Shown piece by piece: positions 11,386-22,500 of a DNA stretch of 64,000 nucleotides. The notes beneath the pieces are model-generated. The model ran no database searches and was not told where the DNA came from. It saw nothing but the letters and a program-made list of their open reading frames with translations. A program made the translations under genes and the position numbers. This DNA is from Tubulanus polymorphus (Eukaryota > Animalia > Nemertea). Position 1 is the first letter of the stretch, and each line of letters starts with the position of its first letter. The stretch lies in contig NC_134025.1 in assembly GCF_964204645.1 (NCBI RefSeq), positions 24,160,299 to 24,224,298 of the forward strand, written 5' to 3'.

Positions 11386-12705
11386 TTAGACTGAGCTGGA
11401 TGTGTGGCCTACGCCCGAACTCTTGGTTGATGGAGTTTCGTTGGTACTGCTACTTTCATCTTTTTTCGTACCCGACCTCGTCGTGTATCTCCTGAATACG
11501 GTATACGCGGAGAAGTTGAAAAACCCGCCCATGTTGGTGAAAAACACCGTCGCCATTATGAGCGGGACGCTCGGAACAGAAACTAACGCCCAAATCGAGT
11601 ACATCACCAAAGTGGAATATTGCAGAACGTACGCCGACACGAAAACGGTCATCGAATACGCGGCAAGGTAAAGTTTTCGTTGTCGGTTGATGCTGTCGCT
11701 GGTCTTATACGTCTGTAAGCGCTTAGCGACGAGCTTGATGCGCCACCAAGCCATCGCGTACAAGATGCCGTTGATAAAAAACACGAGCACCATGATAATC
11801 GAGTGCACCATGTTCAAGGCTTCCTTCCATTTTACGCGGCTGTCGATAAAACACCTGAAAATATATACATGTATGTTCAAAACATTTTCGTCATCAGATA
11901 ATACTTTTCAATACTTGGAAATTAACACAGCGCGGGGCTCGTATTTGAAGTTTGGGGGTGAACGAATAGTAGCTTATATCATCCTGTATCCCCAGAATAC
12001 TTGAGATGCTGTAGGATCTAAGCTACTATTCGTGCATTCCCAAACTTCAAATACAAGCCCTGTGGAAATCAAGCAAAACCTTCAAACCAGTTCAGTCATA
12101 CTTTCTTTTGTAATTTCGATATGATTATTCTAAACTAATGCTTATATTGAATTGATATTTCAAAAATACATCGGCAAAAACACGTACCAGGCTCCACTTG
12201 GGCCAAAATACGGGATCGCAACTCCGGTAATACCAGTTATGAATGGTATGACCATCGGTACGAGCCACAGTCGCCAGTCGTACGCGCCGAAACTAATCTT
12301 CTTATCCATAACGACCATCAGAAACGTGTTGAACGCGATGGACATCGTCATTAACGGCGTTGCGACCAGAAACTGTTGCAGAAAGAAGGCGAACGTTATG
12401 CAAAGACTGTCCGGAGGGTGCGATTTCATCACGAATATGTAGATATGGTCGATCAAGTGGCTGACATTGAACATAAGATCGCACGCTTGCAGATATACAA
12501 CGAAGCGATCTACTTGTTGCTTCTTGCGAAAATTAAATCTCGGCTTTTCCAACAAAATGAATGTAATTACGGTAACGCTAATCACAACGCTGATGCTGAG
12601 GCTTGCCACGGCGATCGTATGGATCTGTCTAAATATTGGTCCAGGATAACCGACTAAAATCGCACCAGTAGGATCCCTATAAAATAAGGTCTGGTTTGAT
12701 GCCAT
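11386..12705 (-). CDS. Two-exon 7TM receptor of the cAMP-receptor/Git3/GPR157-like group (exons 12705-12188 and 11854-11386; 328 aa)
   Basis: A phase-2 GT-AG intron joins the two ORFs to give YFGPSGAW|CFID. Other motifs are DRFVVYLQACD (TM2), LC (TM3) and TNMGGFFNFSAY (TM7), typical of this non-class-A group. The spliced length of 987 nt is divisible by 3. Confidence 0.8.
11934..12063. mobile_element. Hairpin MITE in the GPCR intron
   Basis: gggctcgtatttgaagtttggg...cgaatagtagctta pairs with taagctactattcg...cccaaacttcaaatacaagccc. Confidence 0.8.
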
Positions 12706-13343
12706 GATCGATTCGGATTAACGATTGCGATTGAATTAACCAATGTTTAGTTAAAACATGTTTTCCGGGGTGAAACCCATTCAAATTCCTATATACATCG
12801 AAAAGTCTTTATCAATCTATTTTTATTATTTTTTTTGTTGTCAAATTCATGTTTACCTGAATGTAATTCGGGAAGTTAATTATGAACACATCCAGTATCG
12901 ATCATGAAAAGCGAGACAATAAGTTTTAAGGATAGTCAGATGTATCTTGTTTCAAGCATCAGTCGGCCGGTCCCAAAACCGCACGGCCACCAAGTCGATC
13001 GGGATGGAAGTTTCGCACTACCGGGTGCCTGTCGGTGAAAAATAAATCAAAATGGCGTAGAGCTTGAACCGGTTAGTCAGTACGACGGCTTCAGCGGAAT
13101 TTGTTTAACCTTTAATAGGATTTTCATATTGATAATAAAATGCATACGCGGTGTTCGATGAATAAATTGAATTTGAATTCGAACTTGTCCGAGTCCTAGA
13201 CCATAATCCTCCGCCGAATATTAGGGACAACTGCCAACATGGCAGCTGTTTCCGTTTTCATTTCGCAATTTTCTCGATTTTGGTGTTGGGTGAAAAGGCT
13301 TTTAAACTTTTACCAAATCCTATGACACTGTCCTGACAAACAA

Positions 13344-14906
13344 ATGCAGGTAAAAACCCCAATGCTAATTGTATTTTAAACAAATCTTCAAACAACAACA
13401 AACACCAATCAACGAACAATCACACGTTCTCTGTCGTCATGAAGAACACGTAAATTAAATAAATGACTTTCGATTTTAGTTTTTTGATGGCTGCGGCTTT
13501 TACCGAATTGAATACTTCGTCTTCGAAATTGATACATCATCAGCCCACCTACCCACCCACAGGGGCTCGTATCAGAGTTGTAGGTAATGTAAAAACGATA
13601 ATCTGTTAATCCAACTATAGACATTGGATTAACAGATTATCATTTTTACATTACCTACAACTCTGATACGAGCCCCTGTTAGCCCAACAAGACCACTAAA
13701 TTCAACGTGTCTACATTGAATGCCTTAATTTGAACCTGGTTATATTTTGTAGCAAGATCAGCAACATGATAAATGTGTAGATGGTGAGAATGGTGTCACC
13801 AATAATACAAATGGTCATCGCGTCGCTGTAATTGAAGATATAGAATACTTGTTCGACCCAAAATTTCTACAAGACATAAACTTTGAACTAGAGTGTTCGG
13901 CGAGCTATAATCCTGTGATTTCAATACACAACCCTGGTGAATCTTTAACAATGAGACCACTGAGTAATTGTGATTATGAAAAAGGTATCTCTAAAAAAAG
14001 AGATGTGTCTCTTCTGACTCGAAAAAATATAGGATCACACAGTCATCGCTTTATGTATTTACGTAATAACAAATTTGGTTAATTTCCGAAGATTCATGCT
14101 TTTCAGCCTAGATTATCTATATTCGGCTATTTGTGACCATTAATGCAAGTTGTGATGAATTAAATTTTCTCTTAAAGGTTTTATTGAGTTACTTGGACAT
14201 CTCACAGTTGTGGGAAACATCACACGCGATTTATATTTAGGTAAGTAACTAAGCATCTTCAAATCTATATTGAAGTTATCATATCCAATGACAATGAAAA
14301 TATAATTCAGAATCTGAGATTGTGGTAAATAAATGATGGCATTTCTTTCGTGAACAGAAAAGTTCCATGCCATGAAAGCTTGTCCAGGTACATATTACGT
14401 CGCCGTCCTTGAAGATACCGATTTGCAACAAATTATAGGCAGTGCTACGCTGGTGATCGAACATAAATTCATCCGAGGTACAGTTGTGGTAAGTTACGTA
14501 CATGTATCTATCTATTCTCAAGTTTTTTAGTTCGATTATAGCACCTGCATTAAGAAGCTTTATTCGACCCTCGTGACAATTTTTGAAATGATTTTCAGAG
14601 GGGTCGTATAGAAGACGTGGTTACATTGGACTCGCATCGAGGAATGCAATTGGGTAAATTGTAAGTTCTCATCCTTTCTCTTGATGTATTTAATTGAATG
14701 TACACGCGCCAATATTTATTCTTACTGAATTCCTTGATTTCAGATTGGTGGATGCTCTAACTATATTGAGCAAGCATTTAGGCTGTTACAAGACTACCCT
14801 CGAATGTAAAGATGATAAGATGCCATTTTACAACAAATTCGGATACGTCAAAAGTCTAGGCAATAATTACATGGAATGCAGATTCAATGAACCGCATTCG
14901 ACGTAG
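13344..14906 (+). CDS. GNPNAT1: Glucosamine-6-phosphate N-acetyltransferase (exons 13344-13349, 13753-13984, 14178-14240, 14358-14488, 14599-14660, 14744-14906)
   Basis: The spliced translation contains LFDP, MRPL..CDYEKGFIELLGHLTVVG, IIGSATLVIEHKFIR, RGRIEDVV..RGMQLGK and GCYKTTLEC...FYNKFGY. All introns are GT-AG with compatible phases. The 6-nt first coding exon (ATG CAG) is inferred. Confidence 0.95.
13559..13679. mobile_element. Near-perfect ~55-bp-stem hairpin MITE in GNPNAT1 intron 1
   Basis: acaggggctcgtatcagagttgtaggtaatgtaaaaacgataatctgttaatccaa, loop ctatagaca, then ttggattaacagattatcatttttacattacctacaactctgatacgagcccctgt. Confidence 0.88.
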
Positions 14907-16009
14907 TTTTTCAAATGGAAAACCGTGGACAAACTGCTGTGATGATACATAGGCGTATCGTGTCGATGAGTTAAAACTCCTAGTAGATATTAGGGAACCT
15001 AGATATTACAGTATTTTGGGGATTGAAATTTTCCTCCATAATATCGAGTAATATCATATTGGGATATGGATCTAAAACTAAGACTGTATTGCATTCATTA
15101 TGTAATTCTGAATACTTATGAATCTCTTTTTCTATTGGCAAGTCTTTTAGGTTTACTTTCTTCTCTCAGCTGATCTCTCTGTTGAGGCCCCTGTATACAT
15201 CCGAGGAGCCTTAATCTTAAATTCATTTGGTGAAATATGTTTTATCCGTTATTCTATCTTTCCTAAAAAAAACAAAATAATAATATCTTATTTGAAATAA
15301 GTCATTGTTCAAGGCAAGCAGACACCACTGATCTGTGTACGAGTAAAAACATTTCTACTTATATTTTAAAAATACCTTTACATTCTTTTATAGACATATT
15401 TTCAACACTCTCTTGACTTGAATAACTGAACTTATTGACTTGAATAACTGAACTTAATCCTAAGTTAATATTTAATTCGAGGAAATGGGATGAAATGTAT
15501 CGTTGTAACAAACTCTGTGGAATAATAGGTTTACTGATTATGTAGTCAAGTATTCGTGGGATGGACACATGATATTCATGTTAATCATCCAAGAGGTTGT
15601 TTCCAGATCCTGTGGATCTATCAATCATCAGCTTCATTAAAATGAACAAAAGGTTAACTATCACTGATATTTATTTATTGTTAATCAAGAAACATATCAT
15701 TGGCAAGAATATAAAATAAACTATTCTACTGTTTAAGGTAAAACATCTTCATTTCGATACAATTTTTGGAGCAGTAGATGTTTCGTGATTCGACTGCAGT
15801 GGAGGATATATGCATACCCCGAAATTCACTTATTGATAGCGTTGTACAGCGGAACCTCATTTTATAACCAACTTCAGGGCACCCATGAATCTATTGCCAT
15901 CGATGCAATGAAATATAAGGGTCACAATTCTAGATTTGTTGTATTCGAGATTATAAAAGAGGTTTCACTGAACCTAGCAATGGGAATAGAAAACGTTATT
16001 AATATCCAT

Positions 16010-17227
16010 TCAAACATTTACTACAGCAGGATTCGCTTTATATTGTTCATATGCAAACTCTTCAGTGTGGTTCATGTCTCTATACAACGCTACATAGTCT
16101 AACTCCAACTGAAACGGCCCACTGTATTGATTAGATGCTGTTATTCCGAAATTAGCGACTCGTTCCAAAATGACCTTTTCTTGTTTGTCCTGAATTCTTC
16201 CTTTGCTGCCGCGAAAGAATTTTGAAAATGGTATCTGAAAATAATCATCGAGAAAAAATGCAGGATTTTTGTTTATTATATCATTCTACAGCAGACTAAA
16301 ATTGCCTCCGAATCACCTGGGACCAATAGATTCTCTGAGAGGTTTCCAGGGCAGCTGGAGCAGGGATGGGTTGTTATCATAAGAATTGGTGTAAATGAAA
16401 TCTTACTTATTTATGGGCATTCAATAATCCAAGGAATTGGCTCCTTGACGAGCGAAGTCTAGCTGTAGCAAACGAAACAAATTAGAACGCATACCTTAGA
16501 CACTTGCCAATAAGGCCCGCCATGGGTAAAAAGTACATAACTAAATAAATCATTCCACGTCACATCGAAGTAAGCATCAATTGCAATATTCAACAGGTAA
16601 GGTCGGCCATCGCCACGACAGCGGATAACGAGATGAGTGTAGTCGGCCCAATCATACGGTACTTTTCTCTTAAACGATTTCTGAAATTAAAGATGTTTTT
16701 CTTTAAACCTATCAAACGTGCAATGAACAGAAATTCGGATAAGGTAAACGAAAGCTAACCATATTGCTCGGCGAGCGAATATTGCAGTAACCAGCTTTCT
16801 TAATTACTCCGTCTTTGATAGGTCTTGTGTCTAACGTGCCATGAAAGAGTCCTTTTTTCTCTTTACTCATGTCGAAATTCGCAACACTTCGGCCTTCACC
16901 ATGGTCGCTATCTGCCGATACAATCCAACTCTTATCTTTGAAAGCCTGAGGGCGATCAGCCTTCCAAATGTACTCATAGTCACCATGTTCTATCATTATG
17001 TTCACATCCATTTCTATCTTTGCCTTCATTTCTCGGCCTAACATAGCAAATTCCTTTTTCATATCGTTCAAGCCATATTTTATGCCCTCTTTCATTGGCA
17101 CTTTGATTTTAGTATCGTAGCCCCCTTTTCTACGCTCCCAAAATGACGCTTTTAACAATTCGACATTTCCGATCCATAAAGCACTTAAAAATGGCTTCCG
17201 TCGCAGGAGACTTGTCTGTCGATGCAT
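16010..17227 (-). CDS. NDUFAF1: Complex I intermediate-associated protein 30 (exons 17227-16760, 16680-16495, 16234-16010)
   Basis: CIA30 motifs WIVSADSDHGEGRS, GLFHGTLDT, KAGYCNIRS, YTHLVIRCRGDGRPYLLNI, LFTHGGPYWQ, IPFSKFF..SKGRIQDKQ, GPFQLELDYV and HTEEFAYE. The N-terminus is basic, like a mitochondrial presequence. Both introns are phase-0 GT-AG. Confidence 0.95.
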
Positions 17228-17838
17228 GATGTTCTTCAAAGTACCCTTAAAATAAAGGAAAGCAAAAGTCATTCGATTTGTACAGTGTCAGTAGAACTGT
17301 ATAGTGTAGTAGCATGAATGAGTCGAGTCGACATTAACGTCATTGATTGGGGTCAGGACATTTCTTGTTGGTGTAGCAGGATACCTCCTGAAAAAAATTG
17401 TTGGCTAAGACCGACAAATGGGGACATACTTATGCTAACATTTTTCCCTACTGGTTAGCGTCTAGCAGTAGCGGTTAATTAGTAGGCTAATTAGGACGTA
17501 ATTACAAGCGCGGACAAGGCCAGGGACAAGTTGTAAAAGGAACAACAGTAGTAGTTCTCGACGACCTTTAGTTAAGGTGAGACAATAAAACACGGAATCG
17601 GATCGAACGGCCCTAATACTGCTGGAACAAAACAGAATGGCGGCTTTTTGGATCGCAGAAGGGTTAATTATTAGGTTTTAGGGTCGACGTAATACATGGT
17701 ACACTTGAAATCAAATTTCATTTGACGTGATACTCCTTGATACTCCTCATGCTAATCAACCAATCCTCCAAGATCTTTCCATTATAACAGAAAAAAATTA
17801 CAGTTAGTCTACCATCAAATTGAGAACGGCAAAACAAG

Positions 17839-17910
17839 TTCCCACACCGGGAATCGAACCCGGGCCGCCTGGGTGAAAGCCAGGAATCCTAACCACTAGA
17901 CCATATGGGA
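17839..17910 (-). tRNA. tRNA-Glu (anticodon TTC)
   Basis: The reverse complement is TCCCATATGGTCTAGTGGTTAGGATTCCTGGCTTTCACCCAGGCGGCCCGGGTTCGATTCCCGGTGTGGGAA (72 nt). It folds into a full cloverleaf with A and B boxes, and a TTTT run lies just downstream (17831-17834). Confidence 0.97.
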
Positions 17911-18019
17911 CTTGAAATAATGGCGTTGTTTACTACTTTTTGTTGTTCTCCCAATAGTAAGCACTGACTTCACCAGATGGCGCAAAATTCGCGGAAATTT
18001 CAAAGTTTGATACAGGAGA

Positions 18020-19097
18020 ATGACACTCTGTTTCCAGAAGAAAATTCCCCATAAATTTTGGGAAATAGAGTACGACGGTGTTTTATCATCACAAGTAACT
18101 TGCAGAATTGTTACAGAATTATTGAAATTCATCGTGTTCGAAAGACAACAAATTCCAGCACCATTTGAACAGCTTCTCCAGTCGCAGGTAAAAAATTAGA
18201 AAAAAATCAAATACAAATTTATTTTTAGTAATAAAAAGTTAGCCTGTTAGAAAATTTCCAACAATACGCTTTTAATGAATCCGATATACCCAGTAGGATT
18301 TTCATTCCAAATGTTTTTTCTCCTTACAGAATGAAGAAGAATTTAGTCGAAAACGAATTCATAGTAGAAAGACTGGTGTATCTCTGAATAGCAAACGTAA
18401 ATGTCATTTCGTCGAAAACTTTGAAAGCGTCATAAGAAATTTGGAATCGGCGTTTAAATGTTGCCATAAAATCGAACAAATACTGGTTCTACTTGGCGGG
18501 ACTGTCGTTAATCCGAAGGAGATATATGTTATCAAGTTACCTACACCCGGAACTTACGAGGGAAAATTACTGAATATGAAACCGTGCATTCGTAATTTCT
18601 TTCGTAAAATCATAACCAGCGATTTGTTCGGCGACTTGAAACTTCTTCCAACCACCAACTTATACGTGTTGATACAAGCGCCGAGAAACGCGAAAATCGA
18701 ATGGTTCCTTCCGAAATTGACGTACAATTTCAAACATCCCTCGCGTGGAAGAGTATTGACGTTGAGTATCTCGTCCAATTGCATCGTTCACGAGACTGAA
18801 CTAACGCTAGGAAATGCTTCCGCCTTCGAAATTTCCGGAGTTGAGCCCTTATTAGATGGTACTCTCGATAACGGTGTGAATACATCCCTGTATGATAATC
18901 TGTCCAATTTGTGTATAAACGATGGCAGCACTTCTGATGAATTGAGCTGCGAAAACATGGCTGTCCAATTGCTCAACAATACAACATCTAATGAAATAGA
19001 TGATGAGTTAATTTGGTTTCAGGCTCCTGTATCTGTGAAAGGTTTTAAAGATAAAGTAACCACTAAAACTTCTAAAGCAACAGATATTTGGGGATAA
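18020..19097 (+). CDS. MAD2L1BP: MAD2L1-binding protein / p31comet (exons 18020-18187, 18330-19097)
   Basis: Exon 1 encodes CRIVTELLKFIVFERQQIPAPFEQL, matching the p31comet LLK..YQRQQLP.PYEQL motif. Exon 2 encodes VLLGGTVVNPKEIY, WFLPKLTY and LIWFQAPVSVKGFK. The intron is phase-0 GT-AG. Confidence 0.9.
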
Positions 19098-19578
19098 ATA
19101 TAACTTTATTCTAAGAAATATTGTCTACAAATGTGATTTCTAATTAATATATTCGGCAATTTTTTGGAGTGAATAAAGAAAATATTCGGATAGCCTATGT
19201 GAAGATTTGTCAGTCCTCTGCCTCTTGTTTAGTTCCAAGCCTGAAACTTTGGCATTTTCGGATCATTCGAACAATGGAACTAATATTCCAATATGATGAT
19301 GGCGATAACATGGTTTAGTTTCAGTGAAAATTGTCGAGCAGACTTCAATATTTCAGTTTTTCGCTACACCACGACCGGTCTATTCCTTTGCCCAAAATTG
19401 GGTGGGCTATTTTGACAGAGCCCACTTCAGGTGGCGCCACCAGCTGGAACCCGAGGTTGTCTCTGAAGATTTTATTTGTTTACATCAAGAATTCCAGAAA
19501 AACATATTATTTTCCCCTTAATTTCTATACTTACACCTTTTAGATTTTGATAAAGGGCATAATATTCTGAGATAAGAG

Positions 19579-22500
19579 ATGCCGAAAAAAGTTTCTAGTC
19601 CGTTACAAAGTTCCCAAAAAGAAGTTGATTCCCTCAAGAAGAAGGTAACTAACTATGCACAAAACAGTAGATAAAGTCAAATGAAATTTATTGATTATTT
19701 TTCTGCGCACAAACTAAGTAGATTTCAAAAATTTGGGGCCCAAGAGCTCTGCTTGTGAATCCTAGCATACCTGCGAAACCTTAGAAAAACATTGATTTCG
19801 TCCCTAAAAAAGTTAATTCCAAAGATTTCAATCTTGTCTTTCGTCTTTTTTTAAGATTGATGACTTCATTAAGGAATGTGAGAAGAAGAAATATGCTGAT
19901 GAAAAAGACAAGAATTCTAACAAATTCAAGAAAGTAGTTAAAAGGTTTGAGTAAAGACGATACACCTATTTTTGATGATGAGAAATATGAACAAGTTGTT
20001 GTTAAAATCTACTGAGCCTAAGTTGGAGGCATTGCCATTAGGTTAACACCTGCATTCCTTTATTTAAAACCCAAAACTCCGATCCTACAAACTATTTAAA
20101 TCACGCCGCATTATAGAAAATTATATTGTTGCCAACAACTTCACAAATCGCCGCGATTTCTCCAAATTACGTCTTGGGTCCCATAATCTCCGTATTGAAA
20201 CTGGACGACATCACAAACCTCCAATACCGGTTCCCGATAGGATCTGTCAATTTTGCTCAGATCAATCTGTTGACGATGAACTGCATTTTCTGATCGACTG
20301 TTCATACTCCGACAGTGCCAGGTCTGATATTTTCACGTATTTGGACACTTTTACCGATTTCAGGACCATGTCTCACTTTGATAAATTCGCCTTTCTAATG
20401 TCTTACAATAACAACGATCCCGAAATTTCCACAATTGTATGCGATTTGGTCAATAAACTGGTTAAGCTAAGACTCGACTCCATTTCATAGTAATTCCTCA
20501 GCTTTGCGACTGAGGGCGCTTTTCTAATTATTTCTTGTATAAGTTTTTGTTTTTGTTTTTTTTTTTTATGCTACTATGTATTATGTATTCTCTATTTAAT
20601 GTCATTCTTTAATGTTTTGTCCTGTAAATTTATTGCATGTCTTATCCTATGTATAAATGTTATATACGGCGCAATAAATATAAGTTCAAGTTCAAGTTCA
20701 AGTTCCTTTATTCAATATTTTCAGAGGCGATGACTTAGTAACAGAATGCGAGAGATTACATCTAAAAGTAGAGAATTTGGATTCAGTAAGTCTTGGGATT
20801 TCATCAAGCAAATATAAAATCAGGGACAGATCATGGAAAATTGGAAGGTGGTTTGAAGAGAAAGTGAAGGGCCACCCCTGCAAATTGATTGAGAGGGGCC
20901 GATACCTTTCATACTCGATGTCAGGGAAATGCGTCTCTTTATGTGGTGTTTAAATTTTAACCATAGGAAAATGAAGCCAAGGAGATCAGTGACTTTGATG
21001 ACCAAAAGAAAAGCCTGGAACAAAGTGTTCTTGAGATCAAGGTGAAATTTTGTTGTGAACAGTTTCACACACCGAGTGAAATATAGGCTGTGCATGAAAA
21101 TATTAGAATTTTCTTTATTTTTCCGATCTCGGTCAATTTAGAAATCGCTGAGTAGAACATTGAGATTCATACAAACTGGTGAAGAAGAGGAGGAGGAGGA
21201 TGACGATGACGATAACGATGAAGATGTTGAAGAAGAGGAAGAAGACGATGTGGAAGAAGAGGAGGAGGATGTAGAAGAGGAAGAGTCTGAAGATGAAGAA
21301 GCTGAGTAAGTATTTGTACACCATGCACATTTCTTTGTTTGTTATGGCACATAGTTGTTTGGTTAGTTCCATATAAGGGAAATATTAAATAATTGACTAT
21401 AGAAAACAATAATTACTTTCAAAAACATTTGCGTTCAATGTTCAAATTCTTCTAATGTAGAAAATCAGATGCACCGAAGAAAGACATGGAAAAACATGCG
21501 AAGGATGATGTAGATGGTAAGCATGCAAAGAAGAAGGTTGAAAAGGATCATTTAGATGGTAAGCAAGCGGATGTAAAAGTAAAAAAGGATGATGAAGAAG
21601 AGGTTGATGAAGAAGAGGAAGAAGAGGAAGAGTAAGAAATCAATTTGAATCTTAGAAAAGATAATTTTCATAAACATGTTGTACATTATTGATTTGATTG
21701 ATGTATGGCTTATTAAGAGAGGCTAGTGAGGAGGAATATGAAGAAGAGGAAGGTGAAGAGGAAGAAGAAGAGGAGGAGGAAGAAGAGGCTGAAGAGGAAG
21801 AATTTTCTGAGTCAATGACTGTATGTAAATACTATTGATCATTCTATCTGAAATGTAGCAGCTCTAAACTGTACAGAAGATGTTGTTTTTGATTGTAGAT
21901 GAGACAGTTTGAAGCAATAGTAGACTATGTGGCTCAACAACCTGAAGACCTTGGTTTTGAAGTTGGGGACATCCTGACTATTCTAAGCACTCGGTAAAAT
22001 TTACTGATTCGAAAAAATACGTCGTTTTGGTATCAGATACCTTTCGGTATGAATTTTTGAAGATCGATAGTTACAATTTTTTAGGGAGGACGGTTGGTGG
22101 GAAGCCATAAATGCCGATGGGGAAAAAGGAATGGTGCCCAGCACATACTTGAAGGTATATTTTAGACTTAAATTTGACAATTCATATATCAGTTGTGTCA
22201 GGACATGTATTTGTAAACCTGTCTTTCTTTTTAGGAACATAATAAGTATGCTGCCATTCAAAAAGAAGAAGAAGGTAAATGAACAAATTTTTTCGTGATG
22301 TCAATCACACAAAAAATCAACAAAAATATCTGTATTTTAAGTGGTTCAACGTATTTATTTGATTTCCAGAACCATCTGAATCAACTGGAGAAAGTACAAG
22401 GAAAAGGTACGGTATTAAAAACGTATTGAAATCTATGTCAGAAGTAACAAGATATGGAACACTGCGTTCACTTATCTGAATCAAAGTTTTGCTGAATTTT

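Noticed and set aside
18020-19097. Functional link between the spindle-checkpoint gene p31comet here and BUB1/BUB1B next to human BCL2L11/BMF
   Set aside because: MAD2L1BP is not homologous to BUB1, so this is not synteny evidence.
21133-21409. Hydrophobic and Leu/His/Pro-rich minus-strand ORFs
   Set aside because: They are antisense shadows of the GAA/GAG-rich NPHP1 acidic exon.
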